From NCBI GenBank assembly GCA_963702095.1, contig OY969706.1, positions 640,001-704,000 of the forward strand: a DNA stretch of 64,000 nucleotides, in the 5' to 3' direction. The number at the start of each line of letters is the position of its first letter. Within the stretch, counting starts at the first letter, position 1. A program made the position numbers and the translations under genes. Below the pieces are notes generated by a model, which saw only the letters and a program-made list of their open reading frames with translations, was not told where the DNA came from and did not search any database. The stretch comes from Candidatus Bathyarchaeota archaeon. Lineage in GTDB: Archaea > Thermoproteota > Bathyarchaeia > Bathyarchaeales > Bathycorpusculaceae. Below are positions 1-9,941 of this stretch, piece by piece.

Positions 1-2
1 AA

Positions 3-905
3 TATGACAACCTCTGGGCATTTGGCCCCAACTGTGGAGTCGACAACATAAACTACATAGTAAAAGCCTCTGAACTCTGCACTTCCTACGGTCTTGATGC
101 GACAAGCACCGGCTCCGCCATTAGCTTCCTGATGGATTGCCATGAAAAGGGTTTATTGAGCCACGAAGAACTCGACGGCATCGACCCCCACTTCGGCAAT
201 CAAAACGCTGTTTTCAACTTGGTGCACAAAATTGGTAAACGCGAGGGTATCGGCGAAAAACTTGCAGATGGCGTTAAGGTTGCTGCAGAGAAAATCGGCA
301 AGAACTCCACCGAACTTGCCCTGCACATTAAGGGCTTAGAATTAACTGGTTATGACTTAAGGTGCCTTAAAACAACTGCTTTAGCTGAAGCTGTGTCTTT
401 CCGGGGCGCTGATCACACCCGAAGCGGCGTGTACATCTTTGACGTGAAGGGCAGAGTTGACCGCTTGAAAGCTGAGAAGGGTCGAGGTAAACTTGTCAGA
501 GACCACGAAAACATCTGTAACCTCTTAGATTCACTTATTGTTTGCAAGAACGCCAAAGGCACCTTTGACGAAGAATTTGCTGACATGGCAAAACTCTACA
601 CTGCAGTTACAGGTTTTGAGGTTACTCCTCAAGATATGCGCCAAGCAGGCGACAGAATCCAAACCCTTGCTAAACTGATCAACCTCCGAGAAGGCTTAAC
701 CCGCAAAGATGACAGTTTGCCATGGAAAATCCATAACCAACCAGTCATTGACGACGGCGCCGCCAAAGGTTCTGTTGTAACTAAAGAAGAGCTTGACTTG
801 ATGCTTGACGATTACTATGAAGTCCGCGGCTGGAATAAAGAGGGTGCTCCAACAAAAGACACACTCAAAGAGTTAGATCTTGAGCAATTGGGAAGGGAGA
901 ACTAG
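3..905 (+). CDS. Aldehyde:ferredoxin oxidoreductase family protein, C-terminal part (5' end outside window)
   Basis: Frame is open from position 3 (YDNLWAFGPNCGVD...). Contains GLELTGYDLR, RGADH, DSLIVC and DDYYEVRGW motifs, and is a clear paralog of 1596-3453. Confidence 0.9.
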   Translation, partial: YDNLWAFGPNCGVDNINYIVKASELCTSYGLDATSTGSAISFLMDCHEKGLLSHEELDGIDPHFGNQNAVFNLVHKIGKREGIGEKLADGVKVAAEKIGKNSTELALHIKGLELTGYDLRCLKTTALAEAVSFRGADHTRSGVYIFDVKGRVDRLKAEKGRGKLVRDHENICNLLDSLIVCKNAKGTFDEEFADMAKLYTAVTGFEVTPQDMRQAGDRIQTLAKLINLREGLTRKDDSLPWKIHNQPVIDDGAAKGSVVTKEELDLMLDDYYEVRGWNKEGAPTKDTLKELDLEQLGREN

Positions 906-909
906 GAAT

Positions 910-1413
910 ATGGTATCGATTCATAATAGGAAATTCATCACCGTTGACGCAGACAAATGTGTCGGCTGCCAAACCTGTGAATACGCCTGCTCCTATAGCC
1001 ACGAAAAAGTGTTCAACGCAGTCAAATCCCGCATTCGCGTCGTCCGATCGAAGCAGACTAAAAACATAGCTCTCACCTGCAGAAAATGCATGGATCCCGC
1101 ATGCGTTGCTGCTTGCCCCCGAGATGCTCTTTCGCAGTCACTTGATACTGGCAACATAATAATCGATAAAGACCAATGCAACGGCTGTGGCTGGTGTATT
1201 GAAGCCTGTAGCTATGGTGCTGTGATGATTCATCCGGAAACGAAAACTGTCTATGTGTGTGATTTATGCCAGTTTAAACCTGAGGGTCCTCAATGTGTGA
1301 TGTGGTGCCCTGAAGAAGCATTGACAGTTGTGACAAGTGACGTGCAAGCGCAGAAGGCACGGCTTAACGCTATCAAGAAACTCTTCCAAACCCACGAAGA
1401 CGATGAAAAGTAG
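910..1413 (+). CDS. 4Fe-4S dicluster electron-transfer subunit (AOR partner)
   Basis: Four Cys clusters: CVGCQTCEYAC, CRKCMDPACVAACP, CNGCGWCIEAC, CDLC...CVMWCP. ATG at 910 chosen by alignment with the paralog at 3459. Confidence 0.9.
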   Translation: MVSIHNRKFITVDADKCVGCQTCEYACSYSHEKVFNAVKSRIRVVRSKQTKNIALTCRKCMDPACVAACPRDALSQSLDTGNIIIDKDQCNGCGWCIEACSYGAVMIHPETKTVYVCDLCQFKPEGPQCVMWCPEEALTVVTSDVQAQKARLNAIKKLFQTHEDDEK

Positions 1414-1595
1414 GGGAAACATCGGTTAACTGCAGAGTCATCTTTCTAATTTTTGTTTTACGCCCCTTTTCGAACTTACTGAATGGTACATTCGGATGAA
1501 GGTATGTTATTCCCGTAAATTTTTAGTCGAAGAACCCACTAGATTAATATAGCTTTTAACTGAAATTAGTACTCTAACCTCTCGGAGGGAAAAGG

Positions 1596-3453
1596 TTGCT
1601 CGGCTACGCAGGAACAATATTATATGTGGATCTTAGTACAGGCAAAACCCGCAAGGAAAAATTAACCGAAGAAACCGCCAAAAAATACGTTGGCGGAATC
1701 GGCTTAGGCATGAAACTCTACTTATCCAATTCAAAAGCAGGCGTAGACCCGCTTAGCGCGGAAAACCCGCTTGTTTTAGCTCTATGGCCCAATTTCAGGA
1801 ACAATGTTCCCAACAGGCGGAAACGGACACGCCTTCATATCCAAATCCCCCGCAACCGGCGGCGTCGGCGAAGCAGTAAGCCACGGCACCTTCGGCGCAG
1901 AACTAAAACGCGCAGGATACGACGCGGTTGTCTTAACTGGCAAAGCAGAGAAACCCGTTTACCTCTGGATAGACGATGATTCCATCCAAATCCTCGACGC
2001 AGCCAACATCTGGGGTAAATCACCCTGGGAAACCGAAGACGCCATTAAAGACGAGATCGGCGACTATTACGTCCGTGTAGCCTCCATCGGTTTAGCAGGT
2101 GAAAAACAAAGCAAAATAGCCTCCATCATAAACGATAAAACCCGTGCTGCCGGCAGAACTGGTTTAGGCGCTGTTATGGGCAGCAAAAACCTTAAAGCCA
2201 TAGCTGTAAGGGGAACCCACGATGTTTCAGTTGCGAAACCCGAAGAATTTATGGATATGGTTAGAGATTTCCATGAACGCATGAAGGGTCCAGCGGCACA
2301 GAAATACCGCACTGTAGGCACTGTTGAAAACATCCAAGTAGCCAACGACCTCTACTGTATGCCAACCCGCAACTACAACTCTTCACACTTCGACGACATA
2401 ACCAACATAAGCCCCGAAGAAATAAACGAACGCTTCATCGCAAAAATCATCGCTTGCAACTCATGTGCCATGCGATGTGAGCACGAAGCACTCGTCAGGG
2501 AGGGTCCCTACAAAGGCACCATAGCCCGATTGGAATACGATAACCTCTGGGCATTGGGACCAAACGTAGGCGTAGATCGGCTTGACGCAATCATCAAAGC
2601 TGCTGAACTCTGTAACTACTACGGATTAGACGCACAGAGCACAGGTGTAACAATTGCTTTCCTGATGGATTGCCATGAAAAAGGCATAATAAGCCACGAA
2701 GACCTTGGCGGAATCGACGCCCACTTCGGCAACGCAGATGCAGTTGTCCAACTTGTCGAAAAAATCGGCAAACGCGAAGGCATAGGCGACCTGCTTGCAG
2801 ACGGCGTAAAGGTTGCAGCTCAAAAAATCGGCAAAAACAGTGAGCACCTTGCCCAGCAAATCAAGGGTTTAGAAGTCACAGGTTACGACCTCAGATGCCT
2901 AAAAACCACCGCGTTAGGCGCAGCTGTTTCCTTCCGCGGAGCAGACCATAACCGCAGCGGCGTCTACGCATTAGACATGAAGGGTAAGGTTGACCGCACC
3001 AAAGCTGAGAGAGGCCGCGGTAAACTCGTTAAAGAAAACGAGGACATCTTGGCAGTTATCGATTCACTTATTGTATGCAAAAACTCCAAAGCCACCTTCT
3101 ACAAGGAACTTGCTGAAATGGCAAAACTCTACAGTGCAGTTACTGGTCTAGAGATGTCTGCAGACGAAATCGGTGTTGCAGGCGAACGTATAATTACCCT
3201 CGCCAAACTCATCAACGCCCGCGAAGGCTTAACCCGAAGCGACGACACATTACCTTGGAAAGTGCTAAATCAACCCGTAACTGACGATGGACCCGCCAAA
3301 GGAGCTGTTGTAACCCAAGAGGAACTTGACCTCTTACTGGACGATTACTATCATGCCCGCGGCTGGACTGTTGAAGGCTTCCCCACTAAAGCCAAACTCC
3401 AAGAGTTAGGCTTGCAGGAATACGCAAATCTAGTTGAAGGAAAAGAGGCGTAA
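1596..3453 (+). CDS. Aldehyde:ferredoxin oxidoreductase family protein, split by one extra base near 1785 (assembly error or pseudogene)
   Basis: ORF 1596 gives the AOR N-terminus (GYAGTILYVDLS...YVGGIGLG). Removing one base near 1785 joins it to ORF 1804 as ...LVLALGPISGTMFPT..., with KSPATG, GRTGLGAVMGSKNLKAI and CNSCAMRC motifs. Confidence 0.88.
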
Positions 3454-3458
3454 AAAAA

Positions 3459-3959
3459 ATGGTTAAAATTCACAACAGAAAATTCATTTCTGCTGATCCA
3501 GAAAAATGCGTCGGCTGTCAAGTCTGTGAATACGCTTGCTCCATGAACAAAGAAAAAGCTTTCAATCCACTTAAATCACGCATCCGCCTAGTTCGCGTTA
3601 ACCAACTTGCCAACATGGCTGTCACCTGCAGACTCTGCGAAGACCCTGCATGCGTCGCAGCTTGCCCCAGAGGTGCACTCTCACAAGCAGAAGACACAGG
3701 TAACATCGTTTTAGACAAAGACAAATGCAACGGCTGCGGCTGGTGCATTGAAGCATGCGACTACGGCGCCATGATGCTGCACCCCGAAACCAAAGTCGTC
3801 TACGTATGCGACCTCTGCAAAGACAAAGCTGACGGGCCACAATGCGTGAAGTGGTGCCCCGAAGAAGCCTTAACCGTGGTCACAAGCGATACTTTGGCGC
3901 AGAAAGCAAGAATCAGCGCGATCAAGAAGCTCTTCCAAGAAAAAGAAGAGAAACAGTAA
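3459..3959 (+). CDS. 4Fe-4S dicluster electron-transfer subunit (AOR partner), paralog of 910-1413
   Basis: Same four Cys clusters and collinear with the 910-1413 protein. Confidence 0.9.
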   Translation: MVKIHNRKFISADPEKCVGCQVCEYACSMNKEKAFNPLKSRIRLVRVNQLANMAVTCRLCEDPACVAACPRGALSQAEDTGNIVLDKDKCNGCGWCIEACDYGAMMLHPETKVVYVCDLCKDKADGPQCVKWCPEEALTVVTSDTLAQKARISAIKKLFQEKEEKQ

Positions 3960-3962
3960 ATT

Positions 3963-3977
3963 CGGGCTTTTTGCCCG
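3963..3977. terminator. Short hairpin between convergent genes
   Basis: CGGGC-TTTTT-GCCCG immediately after the stop at 3959. Confidence 0.35.
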
Positions 3978-3994
3978 CCACCCAATTTTGTTCT

Positions 3995-4115
3995 CTACAT
4001 TCCGCCCATATGCTCCTCTTTGCAATGGCCTTTCATAATCCTCACGGGTGTCGAATTCTTTGTTGTCTGTTTTGCATTTGTATTTGCCTTTTGAAGTTAT
4101 TTCGGGGGCTGGCAT
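3995..4115 (-). CDS. Tiny C2H2-like zinc-finger protein (39 aa) with a 1-nt insertion near 4030
   Basis: Removing one base gives MPAPEITSKGKYKCKTDNKEFDTREDYERHCKEEHMGGM*, which has C-x2-D-x3-F...H-x4-H spacing. Confidence 0.55.
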
Positions 4116-4282
4116 ATTCTCTTTATTCTCCAAAACATTCACCTCCCAAACAACAGGAAAACTACGCGTAATACTCAGAAACCTTGATTCATAAAGCTGT
4201 GTGACTGCAATAAACCAACAATAAATCCTGATTCTCAGGCTATATAGGGCAATTATATAGCGCTTCGAATCCGAACAGGAAA

Positions 4283-6061
4283 TTAAACGATTTTTTCAAG
4301 GTCACAGAGGAACCGTTCAAACACTTTTATGCCGCCCCTCCAGAAATCAGGCGCCGACAAATCCAACCCGACAACCGTGCCCAATTCCCTGGGTGATTTG
4401 CTGCTGCCTGCTGAGAGTAAAGCCATCAGTTTGGGCACAAATGCCTTGCCTTCCTCTAGATACCTCTCGTAGAGCGAGTACACGAACATCTGGGCGTAAA
4501 CGTAGGGGTAGTTGTAGAATCGGTAGTTTGCCATGTAATAATGCGGTTTCATAGTCCATTCTGCTTCCATCTCTGGGAACCATGTGACGGCGTCGCCGTA
4601 GATGCGGTTGCGAGCGTCTGTCCAGTGACGGCAGACGGTGGGGTAATCGAGAAATTCGCCTTTCTCGATGGAGGCGTAGAGCGCCTGCTCAAACCACACT
4701 CGAGCCGTAACCTGAAATGCAGTCATGCCTGCCTCATCTAAAACCAGACAAAGCAGCGCCTTGCGCTGAGCATCAGACTTGGCACCGTCAAACATCAAAT
4801 CCGTTAGCAAGAGTTCACCGAAAATCGATGCAGTCTCAGCTACGACAGAGGGCACATTGGTATTCAGTAGCGTCTGCGCTCTTGACATGTACCAGTCATG
4901 TGTGGCATGCCCCAACTCATGCGCCAAAGTAAAGACGTCGCTTAGTGTGCCGTTGAAACTCTGTAGGATATATGCGGTTTTGCCCTTGTAGTAGCTTGCA
5001 CAAAATGCGCCGTTGCGTTTTCCGAACCTTGGGCTTGCATCGATGTGCTGTTTTTGGAACATTTCCTGTACTGCAGAGGCGTAGTTTGGCTCGAAGCGAC
5101 TGTAGGCTTGAGTGATTCTTTCCTCTGCCTGCATATAAGTAAATTTCTGTTCAGGCGTATCAGGGAGCGGCGCAACGATGTCGTGGTTGCCCAGCACTGA
5201 CAAACCCATCAGTTTCGCCTTCAATTTGAGGTAGCGGCGATAGACTACGGAGCCCTCCTCCATGGTGAAGAGTAGGCGCTCGATTATGGCTTGTTCAGTG
5301 TCGTTGCTGATGAGGCTTGACTCCATGGGTGAGGTGTATTTTCGGCGTTTGGAAACGGTTACCCAGTCGTTGCAGATTGCTCTTAGCGCGGCTGAGAAGA
5401 TTTCGCCGTCTTTGCCCAGTAATCCATAGATGGAGCGGTTGACTGATTCGCGGGTGGCACGGTCAGGATTTGGCAGAAGCCCATTAGCTTCACCGTAGCT
5501 TAGCTGTTTCTTTTCACCTAAAACCACCACGTCGAACATGCGGGTATTGAGCCATTTACTCTGCAGCTCCTCCCAAGCATTCACGCCGAACTGATCCTTC
5601 TCAATGATAAGCTGCTCTTCCACCTCGCTGAGTTGATGCTCCACTCGACGTTGCACACGTTGCAGCATATGCCTATAATTCGCCAAAACCGGGTTCTCAA
5701 TCAACTCTGGCTTAGCCTTCACCAATTTGCCCAGCTCCAAAGAGTAAAACGCCAGTTGCTTGCTGATTTTAGCATCCAACTTGTCCACGCGGTCATGCAG
5801 CGTCTGGGTGGAGGGATGGGTCATGTCGGCGGAGAACGAGAGGCTTGAGAAAAGGGTTAGGTCTCTAAATTTGGCTTCAAACGCCTCGACTTCTTGGAGG
5901 CACTCCAGTAATGCCTCGGGTGATAGGGTGGCTATTTTTCCACGGTAGTTTTTTTCGAAGGTGTCTGTGTGGGCGGTGGTTTCATGGATGGCTTGTTCGA
6001 TTTTTGGGTCGGAGGGATCTGTGAAGAGGGAGGTTAGGTTCCATGTGATTTGGGCTGCCAA
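4283..6061 (-). CDS. pepF: M3 family oligoendopeptidase F
   Basis: TLAHELGHA zinc motif, AETASIFGE, GKRNGAFC and FYNYPYVYA motifs; 592 aa. Confidence 0.93.
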   Translation of the reverse strand: MAAQITWNLTSLFTDPSDPKIEQAIHETTAHTDTFEKNYRGKIATLSPEALLECLQEVEAFEAKFRDLTLFSSLSFSADMTHPSTQTLHDRVDKLDAKISKQLAFYSLELGKLVKAKPELIENPVLANYRHMLQRVQRRVEHQLSEVEEQLIIEKDQFGVNAWEELQSKWLNTRMFDVVVLGEKKQLSYGEANGLLPNPDRATRESVNRSIYGLLGKDGEIFSAALRAICNDWVTVSKRRKYTSPMESSLISNDTEQAIIERLLFTMEEGSVVYRRYLKLKAKLMGLSVLGNHDIVAPLPDTPEQKFTYMQAEERITQAYSRFEPNYASAVQEMFQKQHIDASPRFGKRNGAFCASYYKGKTAYILQSFNGTLSDVFTLAHELGHATHDWYMSRAQTLLNTNVPSVVAETASIFGELLLTDLMFDGAKSDAQRKALLCLVLDEAGMTAFQVTARVWFEQALYASIEKGEFLDYPTVCRHWTDARNRIYGDAVTWFPEMEAEWTMKPHYYMANYRFYNYPYVYAQMFVYSLYERYLEEGKAFVPKLMALLSAGSSKSPRELGTVVGLDLSAPDFWRGGIKVFERFLCDLEKIV

Positions 6062-6292
6062 TGTTTTTTTCCTCTTCCTATGTATATGTGCGGGGTTATT
6101 TTGCGTTTTGTTAGCTGCAGTTGTTTGCGTTTGTTAAGCGTTTTCTTGGTTACTCGTGTTTTTGTATGTTTAAACTTGACTTTTAAGCTATTGTATCTAT
6201 TTATTATGTTGTTTTATGAACAAGTGTGAAGAGTTCTCAACTACCCTTTTAAAAGCAGTTTCCCATCCCATACATTAAAGGAGTAAAAAACC

Positions 6293-7147
6293 ATGGAACA
6301 ACTCGCAATATGTACAGAAGCCGAAGAGCCAAGCACCTCCCTGCTTAGCTACACCAAAGCTCAAGCGCAAAAAAAGAGTTGCGCCAGCATGCTAGAGGAG
6401 CATCCACGCCTCGACGTTGGACGCTTCAAATTCAGCAAGCTCAAATTGGTAGTAACATCCCCCAGCAACGTCGGCAACAACTATTGCGACCCCAAAAACA
6501 CCAAACCAAAGGTGACATCAGCAAAAGAAAGCATCGCACAAATCCGCTCCGCCGCCAAAAACGACCCCCGCCTCCGCGTAATCGAAGTTTCTGGTTCAGG
6601 CGACGCATTAACAAGCAACGTAACCTTCGAAATCCTCCGCATGGTCCGCAAAGAATTTCCCTATTTCACCACCTGCGTAGTCACCAACGGGTTGTTGCTG
6701 CCCAGAAAACTTGCTCTCCTACAAGACTTAGGCATCCACGCCATAAAAGTGACAGTGAACGCCGTTGACTCCTACGTTGGCCAGCAGATTTACAGTTACA
6801 TCCGCTTAAACGGCAAAACCCTGCGTGGCAGAGAAGCCTTTGAAGTGTTAAGCATAAACCAGCTTGAAGGCTTACGCAATGCCGCCGACGCCGGTTTGAT
6901 GGTGGAAGTTGACGCTGCCTACATTCCAGGCGTGAACTCGGAGCATCTGGTTGAAGTGGCAAGAATCGTGCGGAGCCTAGGCGCATATGTGATGGATATT
7001 ATGCCTCTTGACCAGTCGGTGGGATTTGCTGGTTTGGATGCGCCCTATTTGGAGGAGATGGTGAAGATTCGCCGTGACTGCGAGGATGTGGTCGCTTCCG
7101 AGGTGCTTCTGCATTCTTGGCCTGATGCATCATGCTATATCGCCTAA
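6293..7147 (+). CDS. NifB-like radical-SAM-fold protein with degenerate Fe-S motif
   Basis: NifB-like segments: EEHP, GSGDAL, CVVTNGLLLP, VTVNAVD...QIYSYI, NQLEGL, IPGVNSEH, IMPL. The CxxxCxxC position reads SNVGNNYC. Confidence 0.7.
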   Translation: MEQLAICTEAEEPSTSLLSYTKAQAQKKSCASMLEEHPRLDVGRFKFSKLKLVVTSPSNVGNNYCDPKNTKPKVTSAKESIAQIRSAAKNDPRLRVIEVSGSGDALTSNVTFEILRMVRKEFPYFTTCVVTNGLLLPRKLALLQDLGIHAIKVTVNAVDSYVGQQIYSYIRLNGKTLRGREAFEVLSINQLEGLRNAADAGLMVEVDAAYIPGVNSEHLVEVARIVRSLGAYVMDIMPLDQSVGFAGLDAPYLEEMVKIRRDCEDVVASEVLLHSWPDASCYIA

Positions 7148-7222
7148 AACCTATAGTGGCAATCGCCCTGGAGTATGATTTCTCCCTTTTTTCACTGTGG
7201 ACCAAAAAGGGATGAAGCGGTT

Positions 7223-7351
7223 CTGCTTGTGGTTTGCTCCTCAACCAGCCAGTAATCCATTGGCGTCGCAGAACTCCAAACAGAATCATCTGCTAAGCCC
7301 ATAAGAAGATGATGAGCAAGGGCGACACTCTCTTCTTCTTAAACTAGAAAA
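7223..7351. repeat. Dispersed 129-bp intergenic repeat, copy 1
   Basis: Aligns without gaps to 26831-26959 and 37429-37557; 95/129 identical to copy 3 by hand count. Confidence 0.8.
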
Positions 7352-7505
7352 CACAAAATAAATAAAAGCTGAAGCCTGTGGCAATAACAAACTATAGAAA
7401 ACAGATTCTAATTTAATCCACAACTCTTTCTTAGGTAATCCTGCTGGTGGCTTTGCAAAAGCTATTAATAATGACGGCTCGACTGTAACTTAAAACCGGC
7501 GTAGG

Positions 7506-8318
7506 GTGGCAGCATTGCTTGATCAACTATCAATTACCATTATTCTTGGGTTGATTCAGGGTTTCTCAGAATGGCTGCCCATATCTAGCACTGCGCATCT
7601 GCGAATTGCTGAGCACTTCATCGGTTTCCAAGCTACACCCTTGTTTAACGTTGTTTTGCATGCTGGAACTTTGGGAGTGGTGATTTTCTACTTTAGACAC
7701 GAGATAAAAGCGGTGCTTTCCGCGTTGGTGCACCTTGATTTTCACTCTGAATACGGTAGGTTCATCCCCCTACTCGTCGTCGCAACTATTCCCGGCGGCA
7801 TAATCGGCGTCTTATACAACATTTTTCTCTCTGACAACTACCAAACCCTCCTAATAATGGGTGTAACATTCCTCGTAGGCGCCGCTATAGTTTACTGCTC
7901 CAAATTCGCCAAGGAAAAAACGCCTCAAATTTCCTACAAAACTGCTCTTTTTATGGGAGTCGCGGAGGGTGCTGCAAGTTTTCCAGGGCTCTCCCGCAGC
8001 GGAGCCACCATAGCCACGGGGTTGCTTAGCGGCATAACGAGGGAGAGGGTTTTCACGTTTTCCTTTTTAGCTTCTATCCCCGCGATAATTGGCAACATAG
8101 GCGTAGACGCTTACTTGCAGAGGGGCAACTTTGTGGCGGAGAGCGCCCTGTTTAACCCTCTTTATCTTGCCGTGGGGCTAGCGGTTACTGCGGTTGCGGG
8201 GTACATTGCGATTGTTTTGGTGCGTAAACTGGTGCTTAGTAAAAAATTCTATTACTTCGCTATCTACACGTTTGCGCTTGGTGTTATTCTGATTGTTCTG
8301 TCATTCCTAGGCTATTAA
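7506..8318 (+). CDS. uppP: Undecaprenyl/polyprenyl-diphosphate phosphatase (BacA/UppP)
   Basis: GLIQGFSEWLPISSTAHL and PGLSRSGATI signatures; multi-pass hydrophobic protein. Confidence 0.92.
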   Translation: MAALLDQLSITIILGLIQGFSEWLPISSTAHLRIAEHFIGFQATPLFNVVLHAGTLGVVIFYFRHEIKAVLSALVHLDFHSEYGRFIPLLVVATIPGGIIGVLYNIFLSDNYQTLLIMGVTFLVGAAIVYCSKFAKEKTPQISYKTALFMGVAEGAASFPGLSRSGATIATGLLSGITRERVFTFSFLASIPAIIGNIGVDAYLQRGNFVAESALFNPLYLAVGLAVTAVAGYIAIVLVRKLVLSKKFYYFAIYTFALGVILIVLSFLGY

Positions 8319-8367
8319 TAACGTAAAATTTAGTGGATAAAAATTGAAAAATAAAGGGTTAAGCTCC

Positions 8368-8386
8368 TTCTAAGTTAAACTTAGAA
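8368..8386. terminator. 9-bp inverted repeat between convergent genes
   Basis: TTCTAAGTT-A-AACTTAGAA next to a T-run. Confidence 0.35.
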
Positions 8387-8397
8387 TTGCTTTTTTC

Positions 8398-8580
8398 TTA
8401 ACATAATGCTTGCTCTATGGCTTGAAGCATTAATTTGCCGCCTACTTTGACGGTTAAGAGTTCTGTTCCGCAGACTGGGCAGGGAACAAACTCGTTTTGT
8501 CCTATAGCGTCGAATTCGAAGTTCTCACTGCATTGTGGGCAAGTGAACAGTATCGATGCTTGTAGTGTTTGGTTTTTCAT
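8398..8580 (-). CDS. Small zinc-ribbon protein, LysW/ArgW-like fold without the EDWGE tail
   Basis: CPQC...CPVCGTELL; 60 aa; GGAGG upstream on the minus strand. Confidence 0.6.
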   Translation of the reverse strand: MKNQTLQASILFTCPQCSENFEFDAIGQNEFVPCPVCGTELLTVKVGGKLMLQAIEQALC

Positions 8581-8806
8581 AGTTTTTCCTCCTGAAATGG
8601 TTTAATGTTTAGGTATGCAATTAAGCCTCTGAATGTAGTTGTCAGCAACTATATAGAAATAGCTTACTTGTATCTCTCCACATACAACACATAACTATGC
8701 TATTAACGTTTTTGTGAAACATTAAGCAAATAACATAACATTTTTACCTATGCATCGGCGACCCACGGGAAACGCTTATGGCTCCAGATATGCAAAGAAA
8801 TGAGCA

Positions 8807-9286
8807 GTGACAGAAATGCGGGATAAACGCTTTGTCGCCGAACACAGAGGCGGACCCCTAACAAAAACCCAGCATCGGCAACTAATGCAGTGGGCAATCC
8901 AATGCGCCAAGCATGTACGCCCACTTTTTGGGGAAAAAGTTGACCCACGCCTGGAAAACGCGCTGAAGGTAGCCGCGGCTTGGGAACACGAGGAAGCTTC
9001 GGTTGGCGATGCAAGAAACGCCGCTATTGCCGCACATGCTGTCGGGCGTGAATCATCCAATCCAGCGTCGGTAGCGGTTGCCCGTGCCGTGGGGCATGCT
9101 GTTGCAGTCGCTCACATGGCTGACCACTCGCTTGGAGCGGCACTGTATGCACTGAAAGCTGTGAAGGCTGCGGGTGGTTCGGTTGAGGCGGAGCAAAATT
9201 GGCAGCTTGAGCATTTGCCGGTTGATGTAAGGTACCTTGTTTTGTCAGCTCTGGAAGCGCCGAAGTTCAAGAAATTCAAAATCTAA
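8807..9286 (+). CDS. Putative immunity-like (Imm5-like) helical protein
   Basis: HRQLMQWAIQCAKHV, D.R...AL..A.AW and ARAVGHAVAVAHMADH pattern. Confidence 0.6.
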   Translation: MTEMRDKRFVAEHRGGPLTKTQHRQLMQWAIQCAKHVRPLFGEKVDPRLENALKVAAAWEHEEASVGDARNAAIAAHAVGRESSNPASVAVARAVGHAVAVAHMADHSLGAALYALKAVKAAGGSVEAEQNWQLEHLPVDVRYLVLSALEAPKFKKFKI

Positions 9287-9303
9287 TCGCCCTTGCAAGG
9301 GGC

Positions 9304-9558
9304 TTAGTGCCGAAATTCTTTTTCAGCTGCGTCTGCCCGTTTTTGCAGCGTTAACTGGTAGTTATCAACCTGTTTTTCCGTCAAATCCCCTTTTTCGCTA
9401 TCCTCACTGAATAACTTAAAAAACTGTTTGTCGCCGAGTTTCGATAGGGCTTCGGTGAGTTGGTCGAGTTGCCTGCGGATGTTAGCGAGCTCCAAAGCTA
9501 AGGCCACGATGCACCTTTTTTCTTCCTCTGTCAAGACTGCTTTAGTCAACCATGTCAC
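9304..9558 (-). CDS. Hypothetical protein, paralog of the antitoxin-like gene at 9925-10155
   Basis: AVLTEEEKR...ELANIRRQLDQLTEALSKLGDK aligns with AVFTDEDKR...ELPKLRIVVEELKETLEILSDE. Confidence 0.6.
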   Translation of the reverse strand: MTWLTKAVLTEEEKRCIVALALELANIRRQLDQLTEALSKLGDKQFFKLFSEDSEKGDLTEKQVDNYQLTLQKRADAAEKEFRH

Positions 9559-9630
9559 CGAGCAAAGATTACCACATACAAGGATTAGGCTCTATTAAAA
9601 ATTCACTGTAAAATTGGAGAGTGTAAATTA

Positions 9631-9674
9631 TGCTGTGGGGCGGGATTTGAACCTGCAAACCCCTGCGGGAAAGG
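9631..9674 (-). repeat. Degenerate copy of the tRNA-Leu 3' half (relic att site)
   Basis: TGCTGTGGGGCGGGATTTGAACCTGCAAACCCCTGCGGGAAAGG matches 24603-24645 at 38 of 44 positions. Confidence 0.85.
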
Positions 9675-9682
9675 TTCACGTT

Positions 9683-9941
9683 TTATTTGTCATAAACTTT
9701 TTTGCGGTGCCCAATAGTTCGGATAATGATTTTATGCTCAGACACTTGGTAGATTACCCTATAATCGCCCGTTCGAAAAGACTTAAGCTCACTTAAACGT
9801 CCCACCAATTGTTTGCTAGCAAATGGCTTGTCTTCTAAAATTTCCAGTTCTCTTAGGATTCTGATTTGGGTTTGCCTATCGAGGCGCTTGAGCTTTTTTT
9901 AGGAATTCTTTGGTAAAGGTGAACTCAAAGCTCTTTTTCAT
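9683..9941 (-). pseudogene. relE: RelE/ParE-family toxin with a +1 frameshift in an A7 run (9894-9900)
   Basis: Corrected translation MKKSFEFTFTKEFLKKLKRLDRQTQIRI...KSFRTGDYRVIYQV...IGHRKKVYDK* (85 aa). Overlaps the 3' end of the upstream antitoxin-like gene. Confidence 0.8.

Noticed and set aside
1780-1803. Programmed frameshifting in AOR, and at about 4030 and 45341
   Set aside because: No slippery heptamer or stimulatory structure is evident. Several scattered single-base indels point to assembly error or recent mutation.
6293-7147. Nitrogen fixation inferred from the NifB-like gene
   Set aside because: The Fe-S motif is broken and there is no nifHDK/EN in the window.
9614-9796. 60-aa ORF resembling the integrase tail (NLQTPAGK)
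   Set aside because: The similarity is just the antisense translation of the relic tRNA fragment.
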